A stretch of DNA of 64,000 bases. Source: Phoronis australis. Lineage: Eukaryota > Animalia > Phoronida. Position 1 is the first letter of the stretch. Each line of letters starts with the position of its first letter. Of the stretch, positions 13,034 to 25,258 are shown piece after piece. Location: assembly GCA_002633005.1 (NCBI GenBank), contig NMRA01000294.1, positions 481,999-545,998 on the forward strand, read 5' to 3'. The translations under genes and the position numbers were made by a program. The notes below the pieces were generated by a model. The model was given only the letters and a program-made list of their open reading frames with translations, searched no databases and had not been told where the DNA came from.

Positions 13034-13499
13034 TTATACCACACTATTAGCCTCGAACCATGTAATAACACATAAAGTTATCTCACTAGTGAGATAACAT
13101 TTTGGCGGGAAACCAAGGCCGGATTCGAACCCGGGCCTCAAGAGTTGCGAGTCGCCGACTTTACCATTATACCACTCAGCGGCTGACGTCATCGAACGTG
13201 AATACTAAATGAGAACGCGCAACAATCGCATGTTCAGCACAGGGCATTGCACCGACATTTATACGCTATGAAAAATAAGACGCATAATTTCCATTAAAAC
13301 GATATTTTAATTCAGTGGAATTTTTCTGTCGTGTTCTCCCACTTGTAAATCACCGATCTCCAATTTGAATGTGGGGATTGTGTCGTGGATTTTGTAGAAT
13401 TATCACCCTCGGGGCTAACGTCCCTCCGGCGATAATTCTCCAAAATCCACTAGGGCTCTAGATAACGGGGGATAACGACTTCGCCATGTTATAATTTTT
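13034..13499 (+). mobile_element. Family X non-autonomous element, copy A (internally deleted)
   Basis: Begins TTATACCACA, contains the tRNA-like segment, then jumps at ~13386 into the terminal hairpin. Homologous to 41890-42730. Confidence 0.8.
13107..13185 (-). pseudogene. tRNA-derived Pol III promoter segment inside family X
   Basis: Minus strand has A-box TGGTATAATGG and B-box/T-arm CCGGGTTCGAATCCGG but no clean anticodon arm. Homologs lie at ~13585, ~41940 and ~47875. Confidence 0.65.
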
Positions 13500-13642
13500 T
13501 TATACCACAATATTAGTGTCAAATGGCAGATAAAACCGTGTAATAACCCATGAAGTTATTTCACTAGTGAGAAAACGATTTGGCGGGAAACCGAGGACGG
13601 AGTCGAACCCGAGACCTTGGTATTGCTGATCGCCGACTTTAA

Positions 13643-14023
13643 AAGGGGACTGTAGTCAAAATAATGTTGCAGTTAATCGGTTCTAACATACAAATAAAAC
13701 TCACATTTGCCTGACTTGCGTGCCAAACTAAAGCCAATTCGAATTCATGGTCAAAACACTGAATTCTGAAAGCGATCGCTGATTGGCTGATGTGTCAGTG
13801 ACGTGAACGGCGGGGTATCGGCTGTTTTACACATTCATTGCTTATGTCATATTTGAAGAGTTTACATCGTAATTTATCATTGTATCAATCGTCCTTATTT
13901 TTTATTTTTTATTGTTTACCACAGTGCTGTAAAAGGTTCGCTATGCCTTTTTGTATGGCACCTGGTTGCTCAAACTCTTCGAAAAAGGCGTCTTCTAAAG
14001 GGATGGTCATCGCATACCATCGC
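13643..14023 (+). mobile_element. Kolobok-type DNA transposon 5' fragment with start of a THAP domain
   Basis: Starts TTAA-(A)AGGGGACTG exactly where family X is interrupted. ATG at 13943 gives MPFCMAPGCSNSSKK...IAYHR, the THAP zinc-finger N-terminal motif. Confidence 0.65.
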
Positions 14024-14353
14024 CGGGTTACCCAAGCCTTGGCCCAAAGCTCAGTGTAGATATGGGCCTACAGGTTTTAGCCGATATGGGTAAAATATGT
14101 ACAAATAAAATCTGACTCAAATAAATGTCCTTAAAACTAAGTCATCCTTGAGTAAACCTAGGAACCAGGTTCCTAGAGTAAACTAACTTCTGTATTTACC
14201 GCTATTTACTGCTAGTAAAATTGTGATGTGTTCTCGGCTTTTTGCGATTACGTCACCTGACCTTTACCAGTTTCTTTTCCCCCTGATTCTTTTATCAAGT
14301 GTTCGTCGCTGACGGTAGCTAGGTTGCGTACATGTTATAACAAATTATCGGAG

Positions 14354-14639
14354 NNNNNNNNNNNNNNNNNNNNNNNNNNNNNNNNNNNNNNNNNNNNNNN
14401 NNNNNNNNNNNNNNNNNNNNNNNNNNNNNNNNNNNNNNNNNNNNNNNNNNNNNNNNNNNNNNNNNNNNNNNNNNNNNNNNNNNNNNNNNNNNNNNNNNNN
14501 NNNNNNNNNNNNNNNNNNNNNNNNNNNNNNNNNNNNNNNNNNNNNNNNNNNNNNNNNNNNNNNNNNNNNNNNNNNNNNNNNNNNNNNNNNNNNNNNNNNN
14601 NNNNNNNNNNNNNNNNNNNNNNNNNNNNNNNNNNNNNNN
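14354..14639. other. Assembly gap
   Basis: Run of N. Confidence 1.
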
Positions 14640-15329
14640 ATCTTTGACTTGAGAATTATATTCAGTTACCAGTGGTAACCTACTTTAGCAGACGATAATT
14701 TCCCGGTCGAAGCTTAGCGTGTAAAAAACGTGTTTTAAGCTATAATAGTTGCTTAACCTTAATTTAGAGATTCACTTCATTTCTATTTTGTTTTAATTTC
14801 CAATTGGTTTTGAGTATAAGCATTATTTGACAAAAATAGCTCGGCTTTTCTTAAAAGGTCACGACCTCCGACCCCGGGCCTCTGACATAGAAAGTAGTTA
14901 CAAAGCCGAGGCGAGTCGAGAAAGGTAGATCGTTTAGTATGTGGTATACATAGATTATTACATGTTCTCAGTCGTTATCCCCCTTATCTAGAGCCCTCGT
15001 GGATTTTGTAGAATTATCACCCTCGGGGCTGACGCCCCTCGGGCGATAATTCTCCAAAATCCACTCGGGCTCTAGATAACGGGGGATAACGACTTCGCCA
15101 TGTAATAATCTATATGTATCTGAAAGTAGTTTCATGTGGATTTGGTGGTTCTAATCGGAGAGACATGCTGTTCCTTAAGTTAGCCAAATTTTCAAGGGTT
15201 CTCCTTAAAATAATAATTGCAGGCGGTCTGATACACGGTGTACCAGACGTGCGCAGGCCTCGCATGTGGGCCCATTGCACTGATCACCTGTAAATATTTT
15301 TATGCTTTATTGATATATGGTTAAAACCG

Positions 15330-15440
15330 AGCTGAGGAGCTAGAAACCTGTCTCAAGGGTTTAGCAGTGTGACCTGGTGGGACTTGAACCCACGACCTCG
15401 AGTAAAGAAAGCGGGCACTTATCAACCAGGCCACACTGCC
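15330..15440 (-). mobile_element. tRNA-derived SINE head
   Basis: Minus strand GGCAGTGTGGCCTGGTTG (A-box) ... GGGTTCAAGTCCC (B-box) followed by ACCCTTGAGACAG, a CORE/V-SINE-like start. Confidence 0.65.
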
Positions 15441-18320
15441 TCCTCAGGGGGGTTCTCCTTAGCCTTAAGGGGAATTAATTTATTTTTGAAGGTCGTTTTG
15501 GGCAATATATCATATTTTACTTACTCCGAAAGGCATATTGAACTTTTGGCTGATTTTATGAAAATGAAATCCATCTAACAATTATTCAAACCGGATGTGC
15601 TGCGCTGTAAGCAATGCAAACACTAGGTGTCTGAACGGCTGAACCGTTATTGAATTAGTTTTGCTATCTAAAATTAGGCGGTCACCTCGTGCACTGAGCA
15701 AAAATTATTAGAACGAAAAAGCAAGAGAACGCTGATTTTCGACGATGTGAGCGGTCTTCTGAGCATGCGCACTGGTTGACAGACATTCGAGTGGCGCCTT
15801 TGTCTGGTAAGTTCGCGTATGAATTATGAAATAGTACTCGTCATGCTTATTGGTGACGTTCTGAACAAATTTAATTAGTGAACATACGAAAGACACAGAA
15901 AAGGTGTCGAATGTAATCAACTCTCAGATTGCTGTGACCTGTTTTGTTCTGGAAGCGCCTACTTGGCGGCCATATTAAATCATTGCTTTGCACCTTCTTT
16001 ACATTGTAGGGTCAACTCATGCTGATGATTTAAAAAGTGCCTGCGGTACATCTAGTTACATGGTCCAGTGAAGCAAAGTATAATGCTATTGCAATAACAA
16101 TTATTGCAACACGTGACCAAAACTAATAAACGCCGTAAATCAAAATCACGAAAGTGCACAATATCTGTTTAACCTACACTGAATTATTTCCCACAGTCAG
16201 AAAAAAATAGTACTTAATATTTCTATAGAGTCATTGGCTTAACCTGCATTATCCTCGTACAGTAGCTGTTACGGTACCTGGTCTACACTATACGAAGGTC
16301 TCGCCCTTCGGGTTCTGTATAGCTCGAAATTAAAGGTCCTCTGGAAATGTGTTCCATCGAAGACATAAACTTTTGATTTTGTTTAAATAATACCTCATAA
16401 CTGTGGTTTCTGCGCTAGGAATGACCTGAGAGTGCATTGTGGCTTGAGACTGCCGGGATTTATTCGTTTGAACTAGTACCGGGAGTGAATCAGGTAAATT
16501 AGGATACCCACTCATTTAGAGAGTAGAAGTCGACCTTTCACAAAGTTTTGATTCGGAAACGCCACCCTTTCGAAAGAGTTAATTATGCAAAACCTGAACG
16601 TTAACTGTTGATTCTTGTTCGTCTAACAGTTGTGTTATAACCCATACACAGTAGATGAAGATATTGCTTGTCAATACTGTGCGTGTCTTTTGCAACCCAA
16701 GTTTAAAATATAAATAATATCAAAACCTTCTGTGATTTATTGTAGAAGAAAATGGAACCCTTTTCTAGAGTTTCTAACTTTATAAGTAAAGCCTTTGCAG
16801 TGAATGGAATCGGAAAGGCACCATTTCGTAGTGAATTTTGTCGAAAAATGCCCTTCCGTGGGAAACTAATATTGAAAAAGTCGGCCACCAGAGGGACACG
16901 TCTTGTATAGGCCTAACCCTTCTGCGGGTTGACTGAGACCATGCTTTCCGCATATAAATTTCTTGATTTCCTCGTAAATTGCATTACGCGATACATTTCT
17001 AGAAAACCATAACAGTCTGTGCCCTGGAGACACACACGTGGGAGGCTTCGAAGTTCAAGCTATCCGAACACAGCTAAGACACTAATAAACGTACCTCCGC
17101 ACTCATGAACACGGCTCTCTGACCGGTAAGCATAGTTCACTGACTCACAAACACGGACCCGCACCAGCACTGATGTAACACGGCTTCCACGCTAAAAAAC
17201 ACTACTCCTGAACCCCAAACACAAATCTGGCACTTGTAAATTCAGCTCATGGACTTTTTGTTGAGTCAATACCATTTTCTCTGTCATGTGAATGAATGAA
17301 TCGTGTTTTGGGTGCGAATACGCCGTGTTTAATAATTCCAGAACCGTGTTCGTGAATTAGTCAGGTGCGTTAACATCATGCCAAATGATTTCGTGTGGAT
17401 GTCGCAAGCTATTTTTAACTAGCGAGATCCATGCGACGGGCATAAACGCGTCGCATGGTTATCGCCTATGGGACGCTACCATGGTTTTCCTTTGTTGCGT
17501 CTTTGTTGGATGTAACAGTACAGGTCGCACGGATATCGTATCTTGGGCGCCCATCAGCCGGTTACCGATAAGTGCTTGCCATTAACTTTATTATAACAAA
17601 GAAAAATAAAGTGAACAATAGATACACATATCTACAGATATTTCTATGCGACGAGCTTGCGCCCTAGTTTCGCATGGATGTGGGCAAGGTGGCGCGTTCA
17701 TGAAGGTGTGAGTGGTGTCGTTATGATAGGTTGGGACTATCGAACCAAGATAGGGTAAGGAGAGAGCTTTCGTGCATTTCACAAGACGGGGAATTAGAGA
17801 AACAAAACCTGTCTCTTTCACGTGAAATTCGGTTAATAAAGAACACGTATTTGCCATTTTTGAAAGCTCGTAAACGAATCTGGACCGTAAACAAACTCCA
17901 AAATTATGTGTTATCTGCAACTGTCGAATGGCGAAGTCCGTGAATCACATGGAAGGTAATTTTGTTCGCCTGCAAATATTAGTATTGTCTAAATTTAAGC
18001 ACAAAATCAATTGTTTAAAATCATTTACAAAAATATTACTTATGAACGTTGCGGATAATCGATGAATAACGTTTACAACATATTTGGCTTGTGCAGCTCT
18101 GACAACCAAAAACAAATGTCATGTGAAGTATCGAGAAAGGTCGATGTCGTTTTCTAATTAAACTGCATGACGACATTTGAACACGAACGATCCGCATGTA
18201 CTGTATGAACATGGCCGTGTATAGTCAGCACCGTGTGAAGGGTTCTGTGGAAAATCTCACCGGAACAGCGTCGTCTGCGATTAATCAAATCTTCGACGAA
18301 TGAGAGAAGACAGGATTTAA

Positions 18321-18850
18321 AGAGGCATGGAACGCGAAAACTCGTGAAAATACCTTTTAAATAGATCGTGGAGAATCTATTTCGTAAGCATGCTAGAGTT
18401 GATCACTTTAAATCTTGCAAGAAGTTCTAGAAAAAGTCGTCAGATTCACTGTTTTTGAAACAGTCGAAATAAAAACTCCTTCATCCCAATACACTTTTCA
18501 AATTCTTCGCTCATAGTTATATGTATGCGCGTATGTTGATTGTTTACATCAAAGGTCAAAGGTCACGTTTTGCAATTATGAGAAATGTGCTACGTCTATT
18601 TCCTGCCATACCAAATAAAGAGAGGTGCTTTGCCGTAAGGGAGAAAATCGACGAAGTGACGAACAGTTAGTTGACAGACCGTTTTTTTGTAATTTGAAAT
18701 TAAAAGAAAATTGCTTCGATATCAACAGAAATTCAAAATCTTTACCAGCAAGCCGTGAAAATACCTGGTAAATGGTTTTTCTTCTGTTTCAGGGGCAGAG
18801 AACCACTTTGAATGATGCAATTTGGTTTGTTTTTCACGTTCTCTGCCACT
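18321..18850. mobile_element. Kolobok-type MITE
   Basis: TTAA|AGAGGCATGGAACGCGAAAA ... TTTTCACGTTCTCTGCCACT|TTAT: imperfect 20-bp TIR with a TTAA-like TSD. Confidence 0.7.
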
Positions 18851-20206
18851 TTATGAGAAACCTTTATTCGAAGTGTACGTCATTGAACTTGCTTGATGAA
18901 GTGTCAGTTTAGCACATGACATACACGACTCCTCTACACTATTCTTTCATTCCGTTAAGTACTACATTTATCATACTCAATTACGTCGGTTGGCACGAAG
19001 TACTCCTAGATATGAACTACACAACTCGTTTATTGTTTTTTCCAATGAATCAGCATCCACATGGTGGTCCGACATGACATGTCACGCAACGTAAAATAAT
19101 ATTTTGTGAACGTTCAATCATTCAAAGTGACAGGTGACTTAAAAATTAACGAAGTTTAAAGCAGCCATAAACCGTATTCCCGTGTCAAAGCAACTTTCTT
19201 CCCAGGCTTATTTACTCTTAAAAAACAACATCACCGCCATTGTGTTCTTAGTGTTGTTCATACAATTGTGTTTGGTTGTAAAGATTCCGGTTCCGTCCTT
19301 GTCATCCATTGTCGTCTGATTATTAAACCCGTGAAACTTACGTTGTATTGTCTAGTTTATCTGGCAGTGTTTTTATTCCTTTGGTTGAACTGCAGTTCAA
19401 CACCTGATATTTTCCGACGATCATACTGCTTCGGCAGCTTCAACTAAACCACCGTGACAAGCAAACTTTAAGAGCCCTGACCGTAACAGTAACGCAACAC
19501 GTGTTCTCTAATTTGAGTAAAGAACAAGCAGCGACCCCTTTTAAAGTAGCCTTTTTGACAAAAAAGCACGGGTTCGTTGTCCCTTTAAGGAACTGCAATA
19601 AAGTGATACATAGATTTCTGTGTATCAATGAATTTTAGTGGAAAACAAATTGATGTCTGTTTTATCATCGAATAATCATGTAACCAGAATGCACACAAGG
19701 TGACCCGCTGTACAAAGTTAGTGAGGAAAAGCAGGCATAGATGAAGGATTATGATTTAAACGAAAGAAGAAAGTCCCCATCCTCGCCAGACTTGCGGCAA
19801 ATATTATAAAGACACAGCGGGTTTTATGACTAAAAAAACGCATTTTGGGGAAGGGTCGCCTTCGCCATGTTGCTTTGACGAGAGCTGTAAAACAGCAAAA
19901 TATGTAATGTTTTTGTGATTTTAATTTAAATCGTTGACTCCTAAGAAAGGGTTCAAGTCAAAATTTCCTGAAATCGAGGCGGCAACCTCTTCAGCTGTCT
20001 TCGTTGCTGGACGCCTTGAAATTGGCCCACGCAGCCGGTGTGTTGTGCTGTTCAAAATGAGCATGTAATAATCCGACGGCCAATCTCCTGGGTGTGGGTG
20101 AATTAAAGAGAGCAGGAGCACACTAGAGAAGTAACCTCACTAAAATAAGTATTTGATTCGAAATCGAATGTTGCACTACCGTGCTACATGAGTTGAACTC
20201 GTGGTA

Positions 20207-20617
20207 CTGCTGTACGTGAACTTGGAATCCCGTTTAATCTCAAGATTAAGCGGAAGTGAATGTTGCGTGAACTTGGAATACGCGAGGCAACTTGACAAGT
20301 TTAGGCCTACTCAAATAATCACGTTCATGTTCATAAAAATTTGCACTGCACTAAATCAAGATACGTTTGAATAAAATAATGTCAATTTTAACCAACCTTT
20401 TCAATAACGGGCGATAACTTTCACCAAATAATAATCGATTTAGCCATTCACATATTCTTCCGGTTCAGCGACTCAAGTTACGGTAAAGGAGAAAATGGTT
20501 GATCGTGAAGCCAATAATTACAAAAATTTCACCTTTTTGTCTTAGAGAATATTCAATTCCAAGTTGACACATATGCGATCTTGTGATTAAGCAGGATTCC
20601 AAGTTCACGCACAGCAG
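20207..20617. mobile_element. Tc1/mariner-like MITE
   Basis: TA|CTGCTGTACGTGAACTTGGAATCC ... GGATTCCAAGTTCACGCACAGCAG|TA; ~70-bp TIR with internal GTGAACTTGGAAT repeats. A second partial copy lies at 61785-61889. Confidence 0.8.
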
Positions 20618-21113
20618 TACACAGTTGTAGTTGTAGAGGGCAACTACCCTCGCAAAAGAAAACACGTTCACGACAGAAGAGCAACGCATTTTTTATGGAA
20701 AAACTCAGAACAACTGTTCACGTTTTCTAAGAGATAAATACGCGTTCATTTTATACACGCTTCATTACCGCGGGTGATGTCACTATAACATCAATTTCGT
20801 AGCTGAAAAATTCATCTCGTTCTGCGAATTGCGGCATTTGTTAAAAAGCAAGAACCAAGTGCCATATCTATGACGTTCACTTGAAATTGAGAACTGCTCA
20901 AGCGATAAATTGAATTTATGAGATATAAATACTACTGTAACATTCGGCTAGTTCAATCTCACATTGAACGCGTTTAGAATATTGTCAATAACATATCACA
21001 CCAGACCTTGGAGGCCTTTTCAAACTCACTCACATGAAACGGTCGCAAATAATGCCTTTTTCATTTCGTCACAGTTACAATATTATTTACATGGGTTTTG
21101 TGACAAGCCTTTC

Positions 21114-21176
21114 AACACTGTACAGTCAAGTTAATGTCAGAGATGTTAACACTGTACAGTCAAGTTAATGTCAGAG
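21114..21176. repeat. 34-bp tandem duplication
   Basis: aacactgtacagtcaagttaatgtcagag at 21114 and 21148. Confidence 0.9.
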
Positions 21177-22293
21177 CTGAGTATAAAGACCCAAATTTAT
21201 GTTAGAACATCAACGAACTTACGTTTTACTTTGACCTCAGAAATACTGAGAGACGTAATGCGTTGACGCTTGATCGTTGATGTAAACAAATTATACTGGA
21301 CAGCACGTATAACACACTAGATGTTCGTAGTAAAAAATTAAGTGTTGATGAGAGGCTCGTTATGTGATATTTGATTAAAGTGGCGTTATTGGCGAGAAAG
21401 ATGATTTGTCTGGAACATTTGCGCTGGCAGTCAAACGCTCTGCTAATAAACTTAAATCTCATTCGATATATGATAAAGTATTTTCAGTCAACGGCCATTT
21501 TTCAGCAAGTGTCTGGCAGGCAACTTCGAGCATTGGAGACTTGAAATCATATCAAAACACCGTAACAGAACAGTCAAAGCTAGTAAGAAGTCTATCATAC
21601 AATAATAACAATAAAACCAGACATGCTTGCAAAAACGATAGTGTATCTTTAAATGGAGCAACTGAAAACGTTGTGGAAATAACTTGAGACTTTTTACTGA
21701 GGGACCTGCAAGTAGATGAAAGTTCCCAAATTTTGTTAAAATCTGTAAATTGCTAAATCAAATACCTCATTGTGTGACTTGCAGAAATCCTGCTACCCTC
21801 TTCACAACTCCGAACTTCAACGTCATATCACGGCGAGTTATGACTTGGGTGCTCCGCAATTGATTCTCGGCCTTCTACGTAAGTGGTGCAATGTCGCTTG
21901 GACCCACGACCAATATAAAACACTTCGTCACTGAATCGTAGCACTACCGACAAATAGCACTCGCACTCTACATGGGTTACTGCGGCGTCTGCAGTTTAAC
22001 TTATTGGTAAACTAACCACGTGAAATAACACGACTTTATCTGGTGTACTGTACTTAACTACACCTGCAACTTGATTACCTTGCCGGGTCCTAGCGCCTGT
22101 TGTCAATGTATGAAAACCTTGTGAGACGCAAACCTGCAGGGGATGCAAGAGCCGGACTGTGTTCCGTAAACAAGTATCTTGCGGCGAGTTTGGTGCAAGT
22201 TTTCGAGATGTTAGCTAGTTTTCAGTCCCGAATGTCCTGCGCCGTGGAATGGCGGTAGTGGTTGCTTGTCTAGAGGGTGATTACCTTATTCGT

Positions 22294-22443
22294 CATAGGT
22301 GGATCCAGGAAGGACAAGGGGTCCGGACCCCCATTTTTCTGTTGAGTTAAGTGATCATATCTGGAATTTTCAACTTATTGACTTGGAGCCCCCTTGTTAA
22401 AAAATCCTTGTTCCGACCCCCCTTTTAAACAACCATGGATCCG
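22294..22443. mobile_element. Short hAT-like MITE
   Basis: CATAGGTGGATCCAGG...GGGGTCCGGACCCC...CCATGGATCCG; the right end is degenerate. Confidence 0.5.
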
Positions 22444-23389
22444 GGAGCCGTTAAACTGAAATCGGCTTACCATAATTGCAAAGTCACCGCGTGGGCGTGA
22501 TTTCGTATTGACTGTCGAGAACCATCTGAACTCGTGAACGAGAACGAAAATTGAATCGAGATGAATTGTGGCAGTCAACCAGAGAATTGGTAGGTCAGGG
22601 TTGACGTACTGATGGCGACCGCGGGTGGAATGAAAAATTTGTAGTGATTAGTGAATTCTGAGCTAGTGCAGTCGTGACTCGCCGTGATATCCATAATTGA
22701 GTGAGCCTTGATGCAACCTTCACCCCTCCTTCACCGCTTCCCCTCTTTCTCTATGTCTCTGGCTGCACGTGTACACAGAACAGTTTACGGAGTAGAAATG
22801 ATTGATCACGTGGTGGAACAAATGGTGATTACTATCAGTACCAATAAAATACTCCAAAAACCCCTGTTCCATCAAATCAGCAAATTCGTCTCGGATATCT
22901 GCTTTACACTAAAATTCCATAAACTCATATGGTGTAATGAAATGGCAATTTTTGTTAAACTTCTACAGGTATTTGTAATACAATTTTAAGGGAAACAGTG
23001 TCACAGTTATCAGACATGAAGTTCTGCAGAAAATTCGTCGACGACAGCCCGAAAGCATTACCATTTGAAAAGATTAGTTAAGGCTTTGTTAATAATTTTA
23101 TCATACCGACTGACCAATTACCTTTGTCATTTTCTATGAATTTGTATGAGTAAATGAATATTATGAGCATACAATGACACTGGTCACTTGAACTATAAAG
23201 AAGAACTAAGGAAGTTGCATTATTAGTATAGATGCCAACATATCATTAATATAGGTAAGCATAAATATACATTTTCCATTTATACTATTGGTAATTTCAG
23301 TCAATTTGGATTGTTTGCAGGTGTTATAAGACCTTGTTTCAATATGCAGGTATATTGTTTTGCACATCCGAGCTTTTGCCAGGCAATAT

Positions 23390-23697
23390 TTACAATAAAT
23401 AGGTAAAAGCGACAGCCGGCAAACGACCAATCAATACGTGTTTTAGCAAAACAACAAACAAATAAGAAAGGAGATAGGCTCAGTTAGGAACTTGCTCGTA
23501 AATATCTGCGATTGAGCATGGCGGATGAATGGGGTCAGTGTCGTTGATGATGTTGTATGCATTGACAAATTAGCAAGTACTTTCTGAGTGTGTAAATAAC
23601 TAACAACTGTTATCCCAACTGGCAACAATAAATTGCTGCGTGCCAAATTGAGATATGCCGACCACTGTGTACGTACGCTCTTAGTCGTTTGAGCCAT
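23390..23697 (-). pseudogene. Possible N-terminal (core-binding) region of a DIRS/Ngaro tyrosine recombinase, highly decayed
   Basis: MAQTTKSVRTQWSAYLNL resembles A.ST...Y..QW..YL.F, and a later LLPI resembles KLPIT. No catalytic motifs seen. Confidence 0.3.
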
Positions 23698-25108
23698 TTT
23701 GATAAGTTGATATCCTAGCTGGGCGTGATTTCAACAGTTATTAGAACATAAAACATCTTATGAAAAACCTGTCAAAATACATACAGGACAGCTACATTTC
23801 GCTACTGTTTAGTTGTAAATGTTACTTTCTTAAAACTACACTTTGCCCTGTTAGCTGTCATTTTAAGCATATTTCGATTTTTTAATTGAAATTACAAAAC
23901 CAACATTTACTCAGCCTCACAGGAAGTGGACCTTGTTATGTCACGTGACTGACATTTTTGAATGAAAATCGCTACGCGACATTTTCGAATTTCAGAGTTA
24001 GACAACCTCTGACCTGTTGAGGGCGTGTGTACTCTTGCTGGACCTGTTCGGAGGGCATGTGACTGTACTCTTGCTGGTTACAGAAAACAAATCCTTTCAT
24101 GGTAACATACATTTTGAGATCGAACTTATAATAGTAAACGACCTAGTTCGGTTTTCGTGTTTAGACAGCTAGCCGATACACAGGAAGAACAGCAAATTTA
24201 ATCGAAGAGCTTTGGGGGTTTGAGAATATTGCAAAGCCTTCATCCGTCAATTTCTAAACGCAAGTTTTAGGGTTACCAACCCCGATGAACTCTGAAACGT
24301 TTTTTGAGTCGATTATGGCATTAATGCTCTTGTTGGTAACGGAATTTGAATCCTATCACGGTAGGAATATGGTAAGATCGATTTTATGAGAGCAAAAGGA
24401 CCAATTTGATTTTCGTTTTAGTTGGTGAAATTAGACGAAATACAACTTAAGTGAAATGGTTATGCATTCTGACAATTGTCGAAAATATTGAAAATAATAA
24501 ATTTTGACAGGGAAACACTATGCGTCTGCGGAGGCAGTGACCCCGAGCCTCGAAGACCTGATCAATCACCCATTATATTGCAGGCGGTAGCGACAAGAAA
24601 ACTTTTATCAAGTGGAAACCCAAAATCATGAAATTTGAAAAAAATAGATGCAGTATATAGTCCCGCAAATTAGGCGCATGAGCCTATACGGGGGTCACTG
24701 CGTTTTTTCACAAGATTTTTTCCTCAAATGTCCTGTATATAGGCGCGTGTGCCTAAGTTCTACAATTAGGCATGGGCGGTGCTCCGGTTATAGGCGCACC
24801 TTAATGATTTTAAAAATACACTAAGTGCATTTTCTCTGCTGACTGTTATTTATGAACATTCTTTTAAGTTTTAATATCACAACTTCAAAGACTATTTATT
24901 AGATTCTAACTTAAGTATTTGCAACGAAAGTTCAATGCGATTTACAATTGTTAAGCTTAAAATAAAACTATTAATCAAAAGTCACTGAATTACTTTACAT
25001 TGCGCTAGCGTGTATTTACAAAAGTTGCATCATGTAGTTGAAAGTTTTAGACACGTCGAGTTTTTCGGCAAAAAATCGTTTTTATGGTTCATGTGAGAAA
25101 ACAAATCC

Positions 25109-25258
25109 TACACTCGTCTCAGATTGATGACATGGTAAAACCTCTTGGAAATTTCGTCAAAATCCCTTGGCAAGCCTCGGGAATCTCTTGGCAAGCCTCG
25201 GGGTTTTGACGAAATTTCCAAGAGATTTTGCCCATGTCATCAGCTTGAGACTCGTGTA
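25109..25258. repeat. 150-bp imperfect palindrome with duplicated 21-bp apex
   Basis: tacac-tc-gtctca..tgatgacatgg..tcttggaaatttcgtcaaaa pairs with ttttgacgaaatttccaaga..ccatgtcatca..tgagac-tc-gtgta. Confidence 0.9.

Larger units (their letters stand above)
13500..15113 (+). mobile_element. Family X copy B, interrupted by nested insertions and a gap, ending in a 164-bp hairpin (14950-15113)
   Basis: 5' part 13500-13641 and 3' part 14640-15113 are both collinear with 41890-42730. Confidence 0.75.

Noticed and set aside
13107-13185. Functional tRNA gene
   Set aside because: No proper anticodon or acceptor stems; it is part of a repeated element.
16330-16515. IPSAETT...LRWNTFPED resembling a CR1/L2 C-terminus
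   Set aside because: Single weak motif with no adjacent RT evidence.
21226-21700. Possible Penelope-like decayed ORF on the minus strand
   Set aside because: No RT or GIY-YIG motif recognisable.
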